Positions 17,129 to 29,590 of a DNA stretch of 64,000 nt are shown one piece after another (within the stretch, counting starts at the first letter, position 1; every line of letters starts with the position of its first letter). Made by a program: the position numbers and the translations under genes. The notes beneath the pieces are model-generated. The model saw only the letters and a program-made list of their open reading frames with translations. It did no database searches and was not told the origin of the DNA. The stretch spans positions 64,175 through 128,174 of the forward strand of contig JAQWRT010000010.1 in NCBI GenBank assembly GCA_029243605.1. The letters run 5' to 3'. The DNA is from Myxococcota bacterium (GTDB lineage: Bacteria; Myxococcota_A; UBA9160; UBA4427).

Positions 17129-18232
17129 CTAGCCCAAAGCCGAAGAGCCAAAGAGGTGGCGAGCCCGCTCTTGCTGGGTTTCCCGGGCCTGATCATGCAG
17201 GCTGAGCTGGCCGAGAGCCCGGTACAAATTGTGCTCTCCACGAGTCGAAAAATTCTCGGGACTCCAGGCAAAATGGCTCTCAAAAAGGGCATCGGTGGCG
17301 AAGCGCGCGCTGAGTTCCAGGCTCACGTACTCGAGCGCCGGAATCATCGAGTCGCGCTCCTCTCCGAGCAACTCGAAATTCAACTTCGAGAAATACCCCT
17401 CGGCCGAGGCGGCAAAGATCTCGAGATCGAGACGAATATCCTCGGGCCCCTCGCCCCCCACGTTGCACCAGGACCGCCAGGCATCGCCCATATCGTAGAA
17501 GAGCGGCAAGCGTGAAATCGTATCGAGATCAATCAGCGATTGAGCGCGATCGCGTTCGGGCGGGTTTGCTCCTGCGAAGAGGATATTGCTGAGTTTCAGA
17601 TCGCCGTGCAGAACACGCCGGGGAAGCGACAAGCGCGACGGCCAGGTCGCGTGGATCGAGAAAATCTTTTCGGCCAGCTCACTTACCCTCGACCGCAGGG
17701 GGTGATCCCTGCACTCCTCGAGCGCTCGGCGAAGGTCCTCCAGATGCTGGTCCATCTCGTGGAATGGGAATCCGATGGGTTCGAGGGGTCCGTCCCAATC
17801 CGCCATGCTCCCGTGAAAGGCGGCGACGAGTTCGCCGGCACTGCGCGCCTGGGCCGGGCTCTGACATTTTCGGAAGGTGACGCCGGGAAGACGCTTCATC
17901 ACTCGCCAACGCCCACCCTCCCCGAGATCCGAGAAGAGCGCGCCCTCATCCGTCGTCAAGAGCTGGGCCACCGAGACGTCGCCATCGCCGAGGTGGCTGG
18001 AAACCGCCTGCATGTTGCGGTGGATGCCCGATGCAAAGTCTCCATGAACCCGTTGGGCCACGTACTCGGCGCCCGGGACCATGGCCCGCCAGCTCTGGTT
18101 GATGAGCCCGCCCTCCAGGGGTTCCACCCTCGCCCCGGAAAGAGCCGACCACGCCTTCAAGGCGCGTTCTACCGCTTCTCTTTCCACTCCTCCAGACCCG
18201 GCCATACCACAGGCTAGTCTCCCCCAACCCAC
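17129..18232 (-). CDS. aminoglycoside-phosphotransferase (APH)/choline-kinase-fold small-molecule kinase
   Basis: 367 aa with the Brenner motif VLHGDLKLSNILF and the metal-binding IDLDT motif. The stop lies 3 nt before the downstream gene's start. Confidence 0.8.
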   Translation of the reverse strand: MGWGRLACGMAGSGGVEREAVERALKAWSALSGARVEPLEGGLINQSWRAMVPGAEYVAQRVHGDFASGIHRNMQAVSSHLGDGDVSVAQLLTTDEGALFSDLGEGGRWRVMKRLPGVTFRKCQSPAQARSAGELVAAFHGSMADWDGPLEPIGFPFHEMDQHLEDLRRALEECRDHPLRSRVSELAEKIFSIHATWPSRLSLPRRVLHGDLKLSNILFAGANPPERDRAQSLIDLDTISRLPLFYDMGDAWRSWCNVGGEGPEDIRLDLEIFAASAEGYFSKLNFELLGEERDSMIPALEYVSLELSARFATDALFESHFAWSPENFSTRGEHNLYRALGQLSLHDQARETQQERARHLFGSSALG

Positions 18233-18337
18233 GTCGGCAAGCAGGACTGTTCGAACAAGATTCTCGGCGATCCGGGGTCATCTCCGGCGGCGAGATGGCG
18301 TAGACTGATTCGGCGCTTCAGCGAAGGAGACGGACCG

Positions 18338-19207
18338 GTGAAATTCGGCATCATGGCCCCCTACCAACAGGGGCCCCTCGAAGACGGTGACTACACGGGG
18401 AAATTCGGGCGATTGGCCGAAGAAATCGGCTTTGAGTCGATCTGGGCGGTAGACCACGCCGTGATGTGCCCCGACTACGAATCCCGGTACCCCTACGACG
18501 CCAGCGGACGGTCTCCTTTTCACGAGAACGTGATCCAACCCGATCCCCTGACCTGGCTCGGTTGGGTGGCCGCCCATACCCAGAAAATCAAGCTCGGAAC
18601 GGGCATCCTCATCCTCCCCCTTCGCAACCCGGTTGTCCTCGCCAAGACCGTGGCGAGCCTCGATCGTCTCTCGGGGGGCCGCCTCCTCCTGGGCGTGGGT
18701 GTGGGCTGGGTGCGCGAAGAAGCCGAGGCCGTGGGCACGGATTTTTCCACTCGGGGCAAGCGCTGCGACGAGTCGATCGAGGCTATGCGGGCGCTCTGGC
18801 GCGAACCCGTCTCGAGCTACAAGGGAAACCATGTGACGTTCGAGCGCGTGGTCAGCCAGCCGAAGCCCGCCCAGGAAGCGGGCGTTCCCATCCTCATCGG
18901 CGGCCACAGCGAGGCCGCCGCCCGCCGGGCTGGGCGCTTGGGCGACGGCTTCTACCCGCTCGGAGTTTTCGGCGAAGAACTCGATGCCCTGCTGGCCGTC
19001 ATGCACGAGGCGGCCCTGGAAGTCGGCCGAGACCCTACTGAAATCGAAGTGACCGCGATCGGAGCACCCCAGAAGGTCTTCGTCGAATCCCTCATCGCCC
19101 AGGGCGTGAAACGAATCCTGATTTCCCCCTCGAGCGGCGATCTCGACACCCTCCGAGGAGATCTCGAGCACTTCTGGAAGGAAATCGCCGAACCCCTCTC
19201 GGGGTGA
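18338..19207 (+). CDS. luciferase-like monooxygenase (LLM) class oxidoreductase, possibly F420-dependent
   Basis: 289 aa with a GTG start. MKFGIMAPY...FESIWAVDH...KLGTGILILPLRNPVVLAKTVASLDRLSGGRLLLGVGVGW is typical of LLM/TIM-barrel flavin or F420 enzymes. Confidence 0.8.
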   Translation: MKFGIMAPYQQGPLEDGDYTGKFGRLAEEIGFESIWAVDHAVMCPDYESRYPYDASGRSPFHENVIQPDPLTWLGWVAAHTQKIKLGTGILILPLRNPVVLAKTVASLDRLSGGRLLLGVGVGWVREEAEAVGTDFSTRGKRCDESIEAMRALWREPVSSYKGNHVTFERVVSQPKPAQEAGVPILIGGHSEAAARRAGRLGDGFYPLGVFGEELDALLAVMHEAALEVGRDPTEIEVTAIGAPQKVFVESLIAQGVKRILISPSSGDLDTLRGDLEHFWKEIAEPLSG

Positions 19208-19334
19208 TGGGAGGGGGTAAGACGCCTCCCCTCTGGCTCGCGCTGAAAACTTCCCTTCGACCCGGAGCGGGGCCTGCTATAAGTGGACTGCCGTATGCGG
19301 GGTCACCCGCAGGGAAAAGGAATTCGACGAACGC

Positions 19335-19979
19335 ATGTTGAGCATAGCCCTGATCGGATTCTTGATGGGAATCGCTGGCTCGATTCCCCTTGCAGGACCC
19401 ATCACGATGTTGGTCCTCGGCTATGGACTGGACGGACGAATCCGTCAAGCCGCTCTGGTCGCCCTGGGCTCAGCTCTTCCCGAATGCCTCTACGCCGGTC
19501 TCGCCTTGTGGGGGTTCGGCGCGTTGGTCGAAGAATTCGAGTGGGTCGGGCCCACCTCCCACGCCATCGCAGCGCTGGTGCTCATCGCCGTGGGGCTATT
19601 TCTCGTCTTGCGTCCGAGCCGCGAGACCGACCGCGCCGACCAAAACTCGGCGGACGATGTCGGTGGCTCCAAGCGCCATTTTCTCCTGGGTATGAGCATT
19701 ACCGCTCTGAACCCGGCGCTGATCCTCAACTGGGGAGCTGCTGTCACCATGGTCTATTCCCTGGGCTTGGTGGAGCCCAAGCCGCACTACGCGATTCCCT
19801 TTGGGCTCGGGGTAGGAGCGGGCATCCTGACATGGTTCATGGCAGCGCTCGCCTTCCTGCACCGGCATCACCGACGCATTTCGCCCACCGTGCGCAACCG
19901 GCTCATGAAAGGCATGGGGGCCCTACTCTTCGGGCTCGGCGTCCTTGCGGGCCTGCGCATGGTGCTCGATCTCTACTAG
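19335..19979 (+). CDS. LysE/RhtB-type small-molecule exporter family membrane protein
   Basis: 214 aa with about 6 TM helices and N-terminal GIAGSIPLAGPITMLVL resembling the LysE-family PGP region. Confidence 0.55.
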   Translation: MLSIALIGFLMGIAGSIPLAGPITMLVLGYGLDGRIRQAALVALGSALPECLYAGLALWGFGALVEEFEWVGPTSHAIAALVLIAVGLFLVLRPSRETDRADQNSADDVGGSKRHFLLGMSITALNPALILNWGAAVTMVYSLGLVEPKPHYAIPFGLGVGAGILTWFMAALAFLHRHHRRISPTVRNRLMKGMGALLFGLGVLAGLRMVLDLY

Positions 19980-19986
19980 ACCGGGC

Positions 19987-21060
19987 TCAATCCGCTTCAT
20001 CCCAGAGCCCGCCTTGACCGTGCCCTGGACCGTCCGAACGCCAGAGATAACAGCTGTCGGGCATGCCACCGACCTGGCTCGGCATCGGCGCCTCGGGATC
20101 GCTTCCCGCCGCCGACTCCAAGAGGCGCTGGGCATTCGCCGCGAGGCACTGAATCAATCCGGGGGCAATAAAGAGCAGGGCATCGCGCAAAGGACTGGCA
20201 GGGAAGCTCCCCCCGAAGAGTGCCAGGACCTCGGCGGCGAGCCCGCGCAACGCGGGCTTCCCCTCGAGGGCCACCAACTCCGGCGTGCGATCGAGCCAGC
20301 CATCGGCCACGAGATGGCCCGACTCGCGCTGGCGCTCCTGGCCCCAGAGAGAACTAAACCCCATGGACTCGAGGTCGATTCGCGTCAGCAATTGAACTTC
20401 GTGCTGGCGAAGAAAGCGGTCTGTTGGGTTCATCACCTGATCAGCGGGAAGGGTGTGGATATCGTTGGATTGCACCGCAATGTCCAGCGTCCGCCCTATG
20501 TCAATTTCGAGGCCATCCAGAAAGAGGCTGCGCTTGAAGAGGCGCTCTCCAATTTGACGCTTCCCCTCTCCAGTTCCCACGAGCTCCGCTTCCCATGCCA
20601 GGGCATGGGGGATCGACGAGCCGATGAATTGAGCCGCTGTCAAGAGATGCGAGCATCCACGCGGCCCGCCAAACATTTCCGAAAGTGCCCGGGCAAAACC
20701 TTCATCGAGTGTCTGGCCCACCAACCCCCTGAGAGCGCCCGCGACATCCCGGCAACTCTCCCCCGACGTCGCCGCCGACGCTTCGAAGGCCACAACGTCC
20801 TGATGGGGTTCGAATTTTTCGATCACTCGGCTCGTGCTGTCGATGGAAGCCCGTATCTCCATGTCGTGGATCACACCCGAAGTCTGCAGGTCGGACCCGG
20901 CGGGGATGAAACCCTGCTTGCGTAGATCCAGAATTCCGGCTCGAATATCCAGACGGCCGGGAGGGCCCTGACGCAACTCGATCTCGAGCATGCGGGTGTG
21001 CAGGGGGTGCCCTCGAGTATCTCTCAAACCGTGCGGACTCTTGTGGCTCGAATCGTTCAT
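19987..21060 (-). CDS. DUF2889 domain protein
   Basis: About 357 aa from ATG 21060 (MNDSSHKSP...). It contains the GGPRGCSHLLT segment resembling the DUF2889 G-C-[ST]-H-L signature. The track ORF to 21528 is over-extended across the divergent promoter region. Confidence 0.55.
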   Translation of the reverse strand: MNDSSHKSPHGLRDTRGHPLHTRMLEIELRQGPPGRLDIRAGILDLRKQGFIPAGSDLQTSGVIHDMEIRASIDSTSRVIEKFEPHQDVVAFEASAATSGESCRDVAGALRGLVGQTLDEGFARALSEMFGGPRGCSHLLTAAQFIGSSIPHALAWEAELVGTGEGKRQIGERLFKRSLFLDGLEIDIGRTLDIAVQSNDIHTLPADQVMNPTDRFLRQHEVQLLTRIDLESMGFSSLWGQERQRESGHLVADGWLDRTPELVALEGKPALRGLAAEVLALFGGSFPASPLRDALLFIAPGLIQCLAANAQRLLESAAGSDPEAPMPSQVGGMPDSCYLWRSDGPGHGQGGLWDEAD

Positions 21061-21187
21061 TCCATGACCATAGCCCTTCGCACCCGGGTAGGACCCGCTC
21101 GGAAGCCCTTCTCTTGAGGACCCGGCACGCTCGGCCGATTTGTTGCACCCTCCGAATCGATTACGCCGCGAGAGAAAGGGACCTGCC

Positions 21188-22723
21188 GTGACCAAAAAAG
21201 ATCGGGACAAGAGCGAGGCGGGGCACGACTGGGAACCCCTACTCGAAGACCTCGAGGAACGCCGCCAACGCGCTCGGGCCATGGGCGGGAACGAAAAGAT
21301 CGAGAAGTTGCGCGAACGTGGGCAGCTGAACGCTCGTGAACGCATCGAAGCCCTCCTCGACCCAGGCAGCTTCCAGGAACTCGGTAGCCTGGTCGGTGCC
21401 GTGAGCGAGGGGGTTGCCGCGGACGCCTTCCCATCGGGCATGGGAACCATCGAGGGAAGACCCGTCCTCGTGGGCGCCGAAGATTTCACCTCCATGGGCG
21501 GGTCCATTGGCCTCGGAGCTGCGGACAAGCGCTACCGCTTGACCCAACTCGCCCGACAAGAACGAGTCCCCCTGATTTTCATTCTCCACGGGGCCGGGCA
21601 CCGCATCACCAACGCGCTCAAGGGGCATGGGCGCTCGCCCAACGATCTCCAGGGCCTCGTCGATCTCGCTGGGGTCGTGCCCACGATCTGTGTGGTGGCT
21701 GGGCCGGCCGCGGGACACAGTGCTCTGGCGGCTCCTTTGATGGATTTCGCGATCATGACCCAGCAATCGGCACTCTTCGCCGCCGGACCACCCCTGGTCG
21801 AAGCGGCCACGGGTGAAAAGGTCAGTAAGGAAGATCTCGGTGGGCCGGATGTCCACGTGTCGGAGAGCGGTGTCGCGCACAACCAGGTCGAAGACGACGC
21901 CACCGCCCTCGCCCTGGCCCGCCGCTACCTCGGTTATTTTCCCAGCAATGCCTGGCAGCCGCCGCCCCAGGCCGATACGAACGATGTCGGCGAACGCGCG
22001 CTGGACGATATCCTCTCGGTGATCCCCGCCGACGACCGCAAACCCTATGCCATGAAAACGGTCGCCTCTCGCCTATGCGATGAGGGGAGCCTACTCGAGA
22101 TCCAACCCCGCTTTGGCCGTAGCCTGCTCACCGCCCTGGGCCGACTCGGAGGCCAAAGCGTCGCGCTGGTCGGGAACAACCCCAATGTCCGAGCGGGCAG
22201 CATCGATCGCGAAGCCGCCGAAAAGGGAACGCGCTTCTTGGAAATCGCGGGCAGCTTTCATCTCCCGGTCATCTTTCTGGCCGACAATCCAGGCGTCATG
22301 CCGGGAACCCTCTCCGAACGGAGTGGTGCTCTGCGCGCCGCCGCCCGGATGTTCGCGGCCCAGCGCAGGCTTCGGGGGCCGAAACTGCACGTCACCCTTC
22401 GCAAGGCTTTTGGCTTCGGGAGCAGCATCATGGGGATGAACCCCTTCGATGACCAAACCCTGTCCGTCGCCTTCCCCGGCGCCACCCTCGGCGCGATGCC
22501 CGCCCGAGGGGGCGGGGCGGCTTCCAAATCCAACCAGGATCAACAGGCCCTGCTCGATGCCGCTGAACTCGGCGGTCCCTATCGGGTCGCGGACTCCATG
22601 GGCTTCGACGAAATCATCGATCCCAGAGAACTCAGAAACGTCCTCCTTCGGGGTCTGACCCTGGCCAGCGCGCGTCCAGGTGACCGGGCCGAACCCGTGG
22701 CGCGATTGGGGCCGCTCCCCTGA
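21188..22723 (+). CDS. acyl-CoA carboxylase carboxyltransferase (beta) subunit (propionyl-/methylcrotonyl-CoA carboxylase-type)
   Basis: MGGNEKIEKLRERGQLNARERIEALLDPGSFQELG... and the two crotonase-like halves are typical of the carboxyl transferase family. The likely start is GTG 21188 (VTKKDRDK); the track start is 21140. Confidence 0.9.
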   Translation: MTKKDRDKSEAGHDWEPLLEDLEERRQRARAMGGNEKIEKLRERGQLNARERIEALLDPGSFQELGSLVGAVSEGVAADAFPSGMGTIEGRPVLVGAEDFTSMGGSIGLGAADKRYRLTQLARQERVPLIFILHGAGHRITNALKGHGRSPNDLQGLVDLAGVVPTICVVAGPAAGHSALAAPLMDFAIMTQQSALFAAGPPLVEAATGEKVSKEDLGGPDVHVSESGVAHNQVEDDATALALARRYLGYFPSNAWQPPPQADTNDVGERALDDILSVIPADDRKPYAMKTVASRLCDEGSLLEIQPRFGRSLLTALGRLGGQSVALVGNNPNVRAGSIDREAAEKGTRFLEIAGSFHLPVIFLADNPGVMPGTLSERSGALRAAARMFAAQRRLRGPKLHVTLRKAFGFGSSIMGMNPFDDQTLSVAFPGATLGAMPARGGGAASKSNQDQQALLDAAELGGPYRVADSMGFDEIIDPRELRNVLLRGLTLASARPGDRAEPVARLGPLP

Positions 22724-22733
22724 GCCCCGAAGC

Positions 22734-23093
22734 TCAGTTGGCCCGATGAAGCCTCGGGCGATAGCGCCCTTCCTCGGGTCCCTCGAAAATTTCATCCACC
22801 TGGGGGTGGCGGCAGGGCTCACCGGTCTCATCGGGTAGCAGGTTCTGCTCGGACACATAGGCGACGTAGGTCGTCTTTGAGTTCTCAGCCAGGAGGTGGT
22901 AGTAGGGCTGGTCCTTGCGCGGACGCATCTGCTCGGGGATGGAAAGCCACCACTCCTCGCTGTTGCTGAAAGTCGGGTCAACGTCGAAAATCACGCCCCG
23001 GAAGGGATGGACACGATGACGAACAATTTCGCCGATCCCGAAGCGTGCGCTCTGTATGTCCGTAATTGGCAAGGACAGCCCCCGTTTCAGCAT
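22734..23093 (-). CDS. hspQ: heat-shock protein HspQ / hemimethylated-DNA-binding (YccV) family
   Basis: 119 aa. ARFGIGEIVRHRVHPFRGVIFDVDPTFSNSEEWWLSIPEQMRPRKDQPYYHLLAEN closely follows the HspQ family pattern. Confidence 0.85.
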   Translation of the reverse strand: MLKRGLSLPITDIQSARFGIGEIVRHRVHPFRGVIFDVDPTFSNSEEWWLSIPEQMRPRKDQPYYHLLAENSKTTYVAYVSEQNLLPDETGEPCRHPQVDEIFEGPEEGRYRPRLHRAN

Positions 23094-23228
23094 CCATTCT
23101 AGCCCCCATTACCCCTTTCACGTAGACCTTTCCCGTCAAAACACGAAATCTTCCGGAGGAATGGTCGGCGACGAGTTCCCAAAGGTGTGCGACCCTGGGG
23201 ACTCGCCAACCAAAAGGGACGCAACCCA

Positions 23229-23834
23229 ATGAAGATTTTTCAGGCTCTCCTCTGCATCGTCGCCTTGGGCACCTCTCTGGCTTGCGCACCTCGCGCCATG
23301 CGTGGCGGCGACGGAACCGCCAACCCAGGCATGGACGCGCCCGCCATGTCCACCACCCTCGACCGCACAGACATCGACTATCTCGTCGCCCAAAATATCG
23401 AGGCTCTCTACAGCTCGCGCTTTTGGCTGGGCGAGGTCACCGGAGCTGCGCCTCAACCCATCTTTGCGATTTGGCCCATCGAAAACGCGACCTCAGAACA
23501 CCTCGAAGATCAAATGCTGACCCTGCTCTCATCCATTGAGACAAGCCTGGTCAACAGCGGCCAGGTTCAGGTTGTCGCGAAATCTCGGCAGGCGGCCCTC
23601 GCTCGTGAAATCGGTATCCAGCAGGGGGCCATCTACAACCCTGCCAAGGCCGCCCAATTGGGCGCCCAACTCGGTGCGGGCTATTTCGTCACGGGCAAGA
23701 TCACCGGAGTCGACGAGCGATTGCAGAAAACTCGGCGGATCCAGTACAGCCTCTTCATTCAAGTCCTCGAACTCGAGACCGGTCTCGTGAAATTTCAGCA
23801 CGAGGCCACCCGCAGCAAAGCGCTTAAACGCTAG
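23229..23834 (+). CDS. LpoB-like (COG3417-type) periplasmic lipoprotein
   Basis: MKIFQALLCIVALGTSLAC leader with a probable lipobox. The body (IFAIWPIENATSEHLEDQMLT...GAGYFVTGKITGVDE...YSLFIQVLELETGLVKF) resembles the LpoB/penicillin-binding-protein-activator fold family. ATG 23229 is chosen over the track start 23187. Confidence 0.6.
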   Translation: MKIFQALLCIVALGTSLACAPRAMRGGDGTANPGMDAPAMSTTLDRTDIDYLVAQNIEALYSSRFWLGEVTGAAPQPIFAIWPIENATSEHLEDQMLTLLSSIETSLVNSGQVQVVAKSRQAALAREIGIQQGAIYNPAKAAQLGAQLGAGYFVTGKITGVDERLQKTRRIQYSLFIQVLELETGLVKFQHEATRSKALKR

Positions 23835-23848
23835 CGAGGAAGGATCTC

Positions 23849-25237
23849 GTGGAGCGCAGAAAGTGCGGGTCCCGGCGCACCCGGAGTAACCCCGGCCTCC
23901 AGTTCACCCTGATTTGCCTGGCGACTCTGGCGCTCTCGGGCTGTGCGACCTACTCCGATCGTATGCTGGAGGCCCAGCATGACGTGGAAGCAGGCCGCTA
24001 TGAAGAGGGTATAGATCGGATCAACAGGGCGGCGGGCCTGCCCGATGACGGCTCCCTCCCCACGAGCCTGAATTCAGAATCAGCCCTCGGAGTCCTCAAC
24101 CGAGCCACCCTGGAACAGGCGCTCTTCCGCTTCGATCAGAGCAGCCAAGACTTTCAGTCCGCCGACGCCGAGCTCGAGTACCTCGATATCGCGAACGATT
24201 CGGCGGGGGAGATCGGGCGCTATTTCTACAGTGACTCGGCCACCCGCTACCGCTCGTCGCCAACCGAGAAATTGGCGCTCAACGCCTTCAATATGATGAA
24301 CTACCTGGCGCTGAACGATCTCCAGGGGGCTCGAGTAGAGAGCCGTCGCTTCACAGTCATGCAACGCTATCTCGACGAATATTCAAAGGGTCAGCCCCAC
24401 GCCGCATTCGGATCCTATCTCGCCGGATTCGTGCTTGAACGACTGGGCGAATACACGGGCGCCATGCGCTACTACGACGAAGCTCTCGCGGTCGGAGATT
24501 TTCCATCGCTCAAGCAACCGGTCGACCGTCTTTCGGAGTTGACACCCTACCGCGGTCGCGCGATCGAAAAAGTACTCGCTTTGCCGGACGCACCTGGTCG
24601 CCCCGGAAAAACGGGAGATGCCGAGTCCATGGCTGAACTCCTCGTCGTCGTCAGTATCGGGAGGGTTCCCTACAAAATTCCCAAGCGAATCCCCATCGGT
24701 GCGGCCATCGGCCTGGCTGGAAGCCGCATCAGCGGCGACCCCGCCGTGCTCGGCTATTCGGCCTTCAAATTTGTCGTCTACCCAGGGCTAACCCACCCCC
24801 CGAGCCTCTATTCCGGTGTCGGCCTTCGGGTGGATGGACGACTCGCACAGCCCGACCTCGCCACTCGACTGGGCGCGGAAATCACGAACGAATATAAGCG
24901 CATCGAACCTTCAATCATCGCCGCTGCCCTATCCCGGATGATCGTCCGGGCAGCCGCTTCCGAGGGAATGAGGGCAGCGGGCAAGGAATCGGGAAGCGGT
25001 CTTGGCTGGGCTCTGGCCCTGGCTACCGAGGCGACACTGGTGGGGCTCGACAAACCCGATACTCGGTCGTGGATATTCCTGCCCAACCGTGTCTACGTCT
25101 ACAGAACCCGCCTGCCTCCAGGCAAGCACACGGTGGAGGTTCGCCTCGAGGGCGCGGGTGCCGAGGCAACCCACGTAAGCGAAGTGGAAATCCCAGCAGG
25201 CGAATTCGCCGCGATTATTCTCACCGCGCCCCGCTGA
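23849..25237 (+). CDS. conserved lipoprotein with N-terminal TPR-like region (COG3014-like), function unknown
   Basis: 462 aa with a classical lipobox LALSGC|ATYS. Helical repeats lie at the N-terminus (EAGRYEEGIDRINRA...). It starts 15 nt after the LpoB-like gene, so the two are probably co-transcribed. Confidence 0.5.
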   Translation: MERRKCGSRRTRSNPGLQFTLICLATLALSGCATYSDRMLEAQHDVEAGRYEEGIDRINRAAGLPDDGSLPTSLNSESALGVLNRATLEQALFRFDQSSQDFQSADAELEYLDIANDSAGEIGRYFYSDSATRYRSSPTEKLALNAFNMMNYLALNDLQGARVESRRFTVMQRYLDEYSKGQPHAAFGSYLAGFVLERLGEYTGAMRYYDEALAVGDFPSLKQPVDRLSELTPYRGRAIEKVLALPDAPGRPGKTGDAESMAELLVVVSIGRVPYKIPKRIPIGAAIGLAGSRISGDPAVLGYSAFKFVVYPGLTHPPSLYSGVGLRVDGRLAQPDLATRLGAEITNEYKRIEPSIIAAALSRMIVRAAASEGMRAAGKESGSGLGWALALATEATLVGLDKPDTRSWIFLPNRVYVYRTRLPPGKHTVEVRLEGAGAEATHVSEVEIPAGEFAAIILTAPR

Positions 25238-25248
25238 CCGCCGCCCCT

Positions 25249-25617
25249 CTAACGGAATAGACCCCCGACCAGAGCAAAGGGCAGAGTCACCAGGTCGAGG
25301 GGGACCGTAAAGATCAGAGCCAAGGGTTTGACCGCGGGGGCAAGCGTCGACCGCATAACGCCCTTGGTCATCGCGAAGACGTACTCATCGCTATAACCGC
25401 CGTGAGCCTCCAGATCGAGGTTGTCCTGGGCCATGGCGAGGGGAACCGCCTGTTGGGCCGAGACCTGGGCCGAGCCGGCGGAATCCGATGTCGCGAGATT
25501 CGCCACCGCCGGATTCTGAAGCGACAGGCCCACAAATCCAATCAAACAGATCTGGGCTATTCGGCGAATCACCCGCCTCGTCTTGACGTTGGGCTTCGTC
25601 TCGAAAAAACAATCCAT
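25249..25617 (-). CDS. small hypothetical secreted/membrane protein
   Basis: 122 aa with an N-terminal hydrophobic segment (IAQICLIGFVGLSL) and a hydrophobic C-terminus (PLALIFTVPLDLVTLPFALVGGLF). No family recognised. Coding status rests on ORF length and codon bias only. Confidence 0.4.
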   Translation of the reverse strand: MDCFFETKPNVKTRRVIRRIAQICLIGFVGLSLQNPAVANLATSDSAGSAQVSAQQAVPLAMAQDNLDLEAHGGYSDEYVFAMTKGVMRSTLAPAVKPLALIFTVPLDLVTLPFALVGGLFR

Positions 25618-25651
25618 GGCGAACTCCTCTCTGATCGGCGGGCCGATTTGA

Positions 25652-28285
<2,634 letters not shown>

Positions 28286-28389
28286 TCAGGTCAACTCGGA
28301 CAGCCGAGGCCGCACGGGATCCTTTCACACCGCCGGCCCTCCGTGATACTCTCCCTGGGTCCGAATAAACCCGACAGAGAGGGAGATCT

Positions 28390-29526
28390 ATGGAAACCCA
28401 CGGCTTTTGCGATGCCCGTTTTCAGGGGGTTCAGCAAGCCTTCGAAGCCAATTTCGAAAAGGGTGCCGAACTCGGGGCCAGCGTCGCGGTCACCCTGGAC
28501 GGCAAACCCGTCGTGGATCTCTGGGCTGGGAATGCCGATCCCCAAGGCACCGCATGGGCGGAGGATACCCTGGTCAACGTCTACTCGACGACGAAAACCA
28601 TGGCGGCTTTCTGTGTTCTTCTCCTCGCTGACCGGGGCGAGGTCGATCTTCATGCCCCGGTGGCGAACTACTGGCCCGAATTCGCGGAGAACGGGAAAAC
28701 CGAGGTCACCGTCGCTCAGGTCATGAGCCACAGTTCCGGACTCTCGGGCTTTGAGCCGCCTCTCGCCGCGGTCGAGGAACTCTACGATTGGGACGCTATC
28801 TGCAGGCGACTCGCCGCCCAGAGCCCTTGGTGGGAACCGGGAACCCGCTCGGGTTACCACGCCATCACCCAAGGCTACCTCCAGGGCGAAATCGTACGAC
28901 GTGTTACCGGACGCTCCATCGGTCAATTTTTTCGCGAGGAGATCGCCGAACCCCTGGGTGCAGATTTCCATATCGGGCTGGACCCTGAGCATGACAGCCG
29001 AGTGGGGGAACTCGTTCCGCCCAGCATGGCTCTGGGCGGTGCGTCAGGCCACTTGGACCCGGACTCTCCGGCAGCCCGCACCTTCGCCGGCAAGGCTCTG
29101 GACGCCACCGAGCCCCAAACCTCCGCCTGGCGAAGGTCCGAGATTCCCGCTGCGGGGGGCTTCGGAAACGCGCGAGCCGTCGCCCGGGTCCACTCGGCGC
29201 TGGCCTGCGGGGGCAGCGTGGACGGTATCGACCTGATCTCGCAAGCCGGGGTCGAACGTATCCTCGAGGAACAGACCCGGGGAGAGGACATGGTGCTTGG
29301 AGTCCCCCTGGTCTTTGGCATGGGGTTTGGCCTCAACGACCCCTCCTTTCCTATCAGCCCGAACCCGCGCGCATTTTTCTGGGGGGGCTGGGGCGGGTCA
29401 CTCGCCCTCGTCGACTTGGACGCTCGCCTCTCCGTCGCCTACGTGATGAACCGCATGGAGTCTAACCTGATGGGCGACCTTCGCGGGGGCAGCCTTGCGG
29501 GAGCGGTCTACGCCTCTCTCGGCTAA
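28390..29526 (+). CDS. serine hydrolase, beta-lactamase/EstB (class C-like) family
   Basis: 378 aa with the S-x-x-K nucleophile motif (VYSTTKTMAA) and the family-typical YHAITQGYL region. Confidence 0.85.
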   Translation: METHGFCDARFQGVQQAFEANFEKGAELGASVAVTLDGKPVVDLWAGNADPQGTAWAEDTLVNVYSTTKTMAAFCVLLLADRGEVDLHAPVANYWPEFAENGKTEVTVAQVMSHSSGLSGFEPPLAAVEELYDWDAICRRLAAQSPWWEPGTRSGYHAITQGYLQGEIVRRVTGRSIGQFFREEIAEPLGADFHIGLDPEHDSRVGELVPPSMALGGASGHLDPDSPAARTFAGKALDATEPQTSAWRRSEIPAAGGFGNARAVARVHSALACGGSVDGIDLISQAGVERILEEQTRGEDMVLGVPLVFGMGFGLNDPSFPISPNPRAFFWGGWGGSLALVDLDARLSVAYVMNRMESNLMGDLRGGSLAGAVYASLG

Positions 29527-29590
29527 GTCAAAACTAGAGGCAAGCTCAGCACGGCAAACCCCCTGGAAATGAGACAGGAGTTCCACTGGA

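Noticed and set aside
15893-17515. Long antisense ORFs: 15893..17515(+) 540 aa, 57326..59113(-) 595 aa, 60632..62497(+) 621 aa, 36858..38096(+) 412 aa, 1780..2781(+) 333 aa, 51778..52752(-) 324 aa, 34791..35777(+) 328 aa, 40245..41132(-) 295 aa, 31018..31914(-) 298 aa and 18278..19171(-) 297 aa.
   Set aside because: Each lies opposite a gene with clear family motifs (M15/APH, HpnN-like RND, RqcH/MutM, secretin and others). Each has Arg/Gly/Pro/Glu-rich, motif-free translations. Such stop-free antisense frames are expected in GC-rich DNA.
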